From positions 448,001 through 512,000 of the forward strand of contig CBDBHR010000030.1 of assembly GCA_965205865.1 (NCBI GenBank): DNA of 64,000 nucleotides, given 5' to 3'. This document shows positions 60,527-64,000 of the stretch, in pieces (position 1 is the stretch's first letter; each line of letters begins with the position of its first letter). The notes beneath the pieces were generated by a model. The model saw nothing but the letters and a program-made list of their open reading frames with translations, did no database searches and was not told the origin of the DNA. The translations under genes and the position numbers were made by a program. This DNA comes from a bacterium (GTDB lineage Bacteria > SAR324 > NAC60-12).

Positions 60527-61600
60527 ATGTGGGACAAACTAAAAAATCTCAAAATCCGATATGAACAACTCACGCATACCCTGACGCAAGTCGAAACCCT
60601 GAATGATCCCGAACAATACCGGCGCGTCAGTAAAGAGCACGCCGAACTCGGAGAGTTGGTGCAGGCATATGACGACTATGCGGCGCTGCAGGCGGAATTG
60701 AAATCCAATCAAGAAATCTTGGCCGATCCCCGAGAAGATCCGGAGTTCCGGGAAATGGCGCAGCAGGAAGTTGAATTGCTGTCCCGGCAAATCGAAACCC
60801 TGGAAAATAAAACGAAACTCCTCCTGCTTCCTAAAGATCCCAATGACGCCCGAGACACTATTCTTGAAATAAGAGCCGGTACGGGAGGAGGAGAGGCTGC
60901 TCTCTTCGTCTCGGATCTATTTCGCATGTATGCTCGATATGCCGAATTGAGAAAATGGCGACTCCATATCATTGAACAGCACGAGACCGATATTGGCGGA
61001 TTCAAAGAAATCATTGCAACCATTGAAGGCAAAGATGTATACAGCCGCTTAAAATTCGAAAGCGGCGTTCATCGCGTGCAACGCATTCCCAAAACCGAAA
61101 CTCAGGGACGGGTCCATACCTCTGCTGCCACCGTTGCGGTTTTACCTGAAATAGAAGAGGTTGAAATCGATATCAATCCCAATGACCTCCGGGTAGATGT
61201 CTATCGTTCCTCCGGTCCGGGAGGACAAAGTGTCAATACGACTGATTCAGCCGTACGCATCACTCATTTGCCAACCGGCCTGATCGTCATTTGCCAAAAT
61301 GAAAAATCTCAATTGAAAAATAAAAACCAGGCTTTGAAAGTGCTGAGAGCTCGTTTGTATGAAAATGAAATGAAAGCCCAGCAGGATTCCACGGCTGCGC
61401 AACGGAAAAATATGGTTGGCACCGGAGATCGTAGTGAGCGGATTCGAACCTATAATTTTCCACAAGGTCGCATCACCGACCACCGGGTGAACCTCACACT
61501 TTACCAATTGGAAAACATCCTCATGGGAAATATGGATCCTATTGTCGACTCCTTGCTGACTCACCATCAAGCCGAACTTCTCAAACAAGGTGTGGCTTGA
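60527..61600 (+). CDS. prfA: Peptide chain release factor 1
   Basis: EIRAGTGG.EA, ESGVHRVQRIPKTE (PxT), GGQ, RSERIRTYNFPQ. Confidence 0.98.
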   Translation: MWDKLKNLKIRYEQLTHTLTQVETLNDPEQYRRVSKEHAELGELVQAYDDYAALQAELKSNQEILADPREDPEFREMAQQEVELLSRQIETLENKTKLLLLPKDPNDARDTILEIRAGTGGGEAALFVSDLFRMYARYAELRKWRLHIIEQHETDIGGFKEIIATIEGKDVYSRLKFESGVHRVQRIPKTETQGRVHTSAATVAVLPEIEEVEIDINPNDLRVDVYRSSGPGGQSVNTTDSAVRITHLPTGLIVICQNEKSQLKNKNQALKVLRARLYENEMKAQQDSTAAQRKNMVGTGDRSERIRTYNFPQGRITDHRVNLTLYQLENILMGNMDPIVDSLLTHHQAELLKQGVA

Positions 61601-61644
61601 GAAAATTCTTTGTTCTCTTAATACCGGATACTTGAATTAACGAT

Positions 61645-63171
61645 ATGCCGCTCCTTGATGAATTGATCGCCCAAAACCTCATTGAGGAAAATACTCTAAC
61701 CCACTTGGGACCTCAATTCCGTCAATCCAGAGATATCGAAAGTCTACGCCAGTTGACAAAGCAGCAGTTGATTGATGAAAATCAACTGCTGCCCTTTTTT
61801 TCTCAGCGTTACCAGATTCCCTTGTTGACGGAAGCGTCGGAAATTCCTCAGTCATTTCCTGATTCCACCCTCGCTCGAAACATCTATCAGGAAGCTAAGA
61901 TATTACTGGTTTCTTTCGGATCAAAAGTGGGTGGTCTGCTATCGCTGCATTCTGATTTGTTGAGTCTGGATAAAGTCACTTATCATTTCGACGCGCCTTT
62001 GTCCTGGTATTGGAGCACCTCCCATCATATTGAATCATTCCGGCAATTGTCGGATGATGCGGAGTTGGTTCATGCGGATATGTCCGTTGTGGAATTGACT
62101 TACCATATTCTGGAACAAGCCATTGCCCAGCGCTGTTCCGATATTCATCTGGAGTCCAGAGATGAGACATTCATCGTACGTTTCCGCTTGGATGGTCGCT
62201 TGCACGACGAAATGGAACTTCCCACGGAATTACAGTCGCCATTACTTTCTCGTCTTAAAATTCTTGCAGGCATGGATGTCGCCGTGAAACGCCGTCCTCA
62301 AGATGGCTACTATAAATTCCTGGCCAGCGGAGGAGATCGATTCGATTTGAGAGTCTCTTCTCTGCCCACGGAGCTGGGAGAAAAAATGGTTCTCCGTTTA
62401 TTGGATCAAACACCAGTGCAATACAAACTGGAAGTCCTTGGATTTTCTCCCGAAGATTTGAAAGTTTTATACAATGCCTGCCGCATGCACAGTGGATTGA
62501 TCTTGGTGGTTGGTCCAACCGGTAGTGGCAAAACCACAACCCTGTATGCCATGCTCAATGAAATGAATTCCCGGGAAAAGAACATCATGACGGTGGAAGA
62601 GCCTGTCGAATATCATCTTGCGGACATCAACCAGGTCTCGGTGAAGTCTGAACACGATTTGACGTTTGCTCAAACACTGAAAGCCTTTTTAAGGCAGGAT
62701 CCCGACATCATTCTGGTTGGAGAAATTCGAGATGAGGAAACCGCGTCCATCGCCATCAAAGCAGCCTTGACCGGCCATCTGGTCTTATCCACCCTACACA
62801 GCATCGACGCGGTGACCACCATACAGCGCATGAAAAATTTGGGTGTGACCCCGGATCTTTTAGCGGATACTTTGAAAGTGATTCTTTCTCAACGCTTGGT
62901 ACGCCGCCTGTGCGCGCATTCTCGAGAGAAGGAAAAAGCTGTTTGTTCTCGATGTCGGGGAACAGGTTATTCCGGCAGGGTCCCCGCCTATGAAATCCTG
63001 AGAGTCAACCGTACGATCAGTGAACGCATCAAATCCGGCATACAGGGCAACGAACTGATTGCGCCGGGGGAAAACATATTTTTTCATTCTTTTTCACAAA
63101 CAATCCAACGTCTGATCAACGAAGGTTTTACGGATCGAAACGAAGTCGAAACCATCCTCCTGGATCTTTGA
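61645..63171 (+). CDS. GspE/PulE/PilB family secretion ATPase
   Basis: [58 protein letters not shown]. Confidence 0.93.
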   Translation: MPLLDELIAQNLIEENTLTHLGPQFRQSRDIESLRQLTKQQLIDENQLLPFFSQRYQIPLLTEASEIPQSFPDSTLARNIYQEAKILLVSFGSKVGGLLSLHSDLLSLDKVTYHFDAPLSWYWSTSHHIESFRQLSDDAELVHADMSVVELTYHILEQAIAQRCSDIHLESRDETFIVRFRLDGRLHDEMELPTELQSPLLSRLKILAGMDVAVKRRPQDGYYKFLASGGDRFDLRVSSLPTELGEKMVLRLLDQTPVQYKLEVLGFSPEDLKVLYNACRMHSGLILVVGPTGSGKTTTLYAMLNEMNSREKNIMTVEEPVEYHLADINQVSVKSEHDLTFAQTLKAFLRQDPDIILVGEIRDEETASIAIKAALTGHLVLSTLHSIDAVTTIQRMKNLGVTPDLLADTLKVILSQRLVRRLCAHSREKEKAVCSRCRGTGYSGRVPAYEILRVNRTISERIKSGIQGNELIAPGENIFFHSFSQTIQRLINEGFTDRNEVETILLDL

Positions 63172-63183
63172 GTCTCTGCTTCA

Positions 63184-63308
63184 ACTCGGCCATACAGCTG
63201 TCGTTTCGCCTCGGCAACAATTGCATTTCCTGGTCCTACCAAGATAGCCACGGCTTGGATGCTTTCAATAGCCAAAGCCTTCGAAACCATTGCTTGCGCT
63301 CCCCCTGC
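63184..63308 (-). pseudogene. hisD: Histidinol dehydrogenase internal fragment
   Basis: GGAQA......[23 protein letters not shown] is the HisD signature; no flanking coding sequence. Confidence 0.7.
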
Positions 63309-63610
63309 TATCTCTCATCATTCAACAACGTCTTCCCCGGTTACAGAACGCAGCAGCGCTCCCTTGGTATATTCGTTCGATTTTATACTCTGATGGTGCT
63401 AAAACACCTTCATGGAAAATTTGAGAAAGGTATTGGATACAGTTGCCATTGATTGCGTGCTCTCATCGAGAAAAGCCCTTCCAATCAATTTTTTAAAGCC
63501 TTACTTGACACAGGGGGCATTCACCTGCCAATGTTGATCTGATGTTTCAACGAATAAACCAAATAAATTAGAACTCGAAATTCACATAAATTCCCGTTCC
63601 TCGAGCAATC

Positions 63611-64000
63611 ATGAGCATTGCGGATTCCTCAATCCCTGCATCCGAAACCCGGGCGTCCACTCCGATCCGAGTGATGATTTTTGGCGTAGGCGCGTTTGCG
63701 CATGCCATGATGGCCATTTTAAAAGAACAGGGCGCCGAGATTTGTTGCTACTTGACCCGGGATTACGGACACTATGGTCCTTCCTCAGTGGGAAAAACCT
63801 GGTTGTTCTCAAATCACCCATCGCCTCTGCCTTTGATCACGGAATTTCGCCCCGACTATGTCATTCCCATGTCCATTGATTGGCACAATGAGCCTTGGGC
63901 AGCCGCACTTCTGGAAAAACAGATACCTATTTTATGTCCGCTGGGAGAAGCTCTCCAAATCGAAGCGACCCGTCAATACGCCTTGCAACTCTGCCGCCGT
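63611..64000 (+). CDS. PurD-like ATP-grasp protein, 5' part (runs off window end)
   Basis: Open frame from ATG 63611: RVMIFGVGAFAHAM...PDYVI...IPILCP.GEALQIE..R.YA..LC, like the GARS N-domain. Confidence 0.6.
   Translation, partial: MSIADSSIPASETRASTPIRVMIFGVGAFAHAMMAILKEQGAEICCYLTRDYGHYGPSSVGKTWLFSNHPSPLPLITEFRPDYVIPMSIDWHNEPWAAALLEKQIPILCPLGEALQIEATRQYALQLCRR

Noticed and set aside
63168-63452. 94-aa ORF following gspE
   Set aside because: No recognisable motif; the opposite strand carries the hisD fragment.

Overview
Bacterial chromosomal window. The gene set suggests a deltaproteobacterium-like host, possibly SAR324; this is an inference from recalled families, with no database search. 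The housekeeping backbone is glyQ/glyS', hisA-hisF, ybaB-dnaX-ffs-tRNA-Ser(GGA), asd, mtnP, rodZ, dacA, pyrF, a Gld-type ABC system, qor, topA, AmmeMemoRadiSam amrS/A/B, lptG-like, moeB/moeZ, ridA, hpt, ilvC, rho-rpmE-prfA, gspE and a purD-like start. Three accessory zones interrupt it: (i) ~1.9-11.2 kb, a mosaic of RAYT/IS110/ISL3-like/IS1380 fragments, a PIN-Phd pair with attC-like flanks and an AbiEi/AbiEii pair; (ii) ~34-47 kb, Rpn nucleases and a duplicated, GC-richer peptide ABC locus whose junctions carry palindromic elements; (iii) ~53.3-55.7 kb, a DUF262/HNH gene plus an internally deleted hsdR. Best leads: a small GIY-YIG nuclease bracketed by inverted GTCAT-type palindromes, with non-coding relatives elsewhere (REP/REPIN-like but without a RAYT); a four-helix-bundle gene flanked by inverted 7-mer arrays and a 10-bp direct repeat; an in-frame TGA at the conserved MoeB cysteine followed by a hairpin (probable selenoprotein); and a four-copy structured leader near two solute-binding-protein genes. 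No CRISPR array or rRNA was seen. All calls come from motif recognition by eye.
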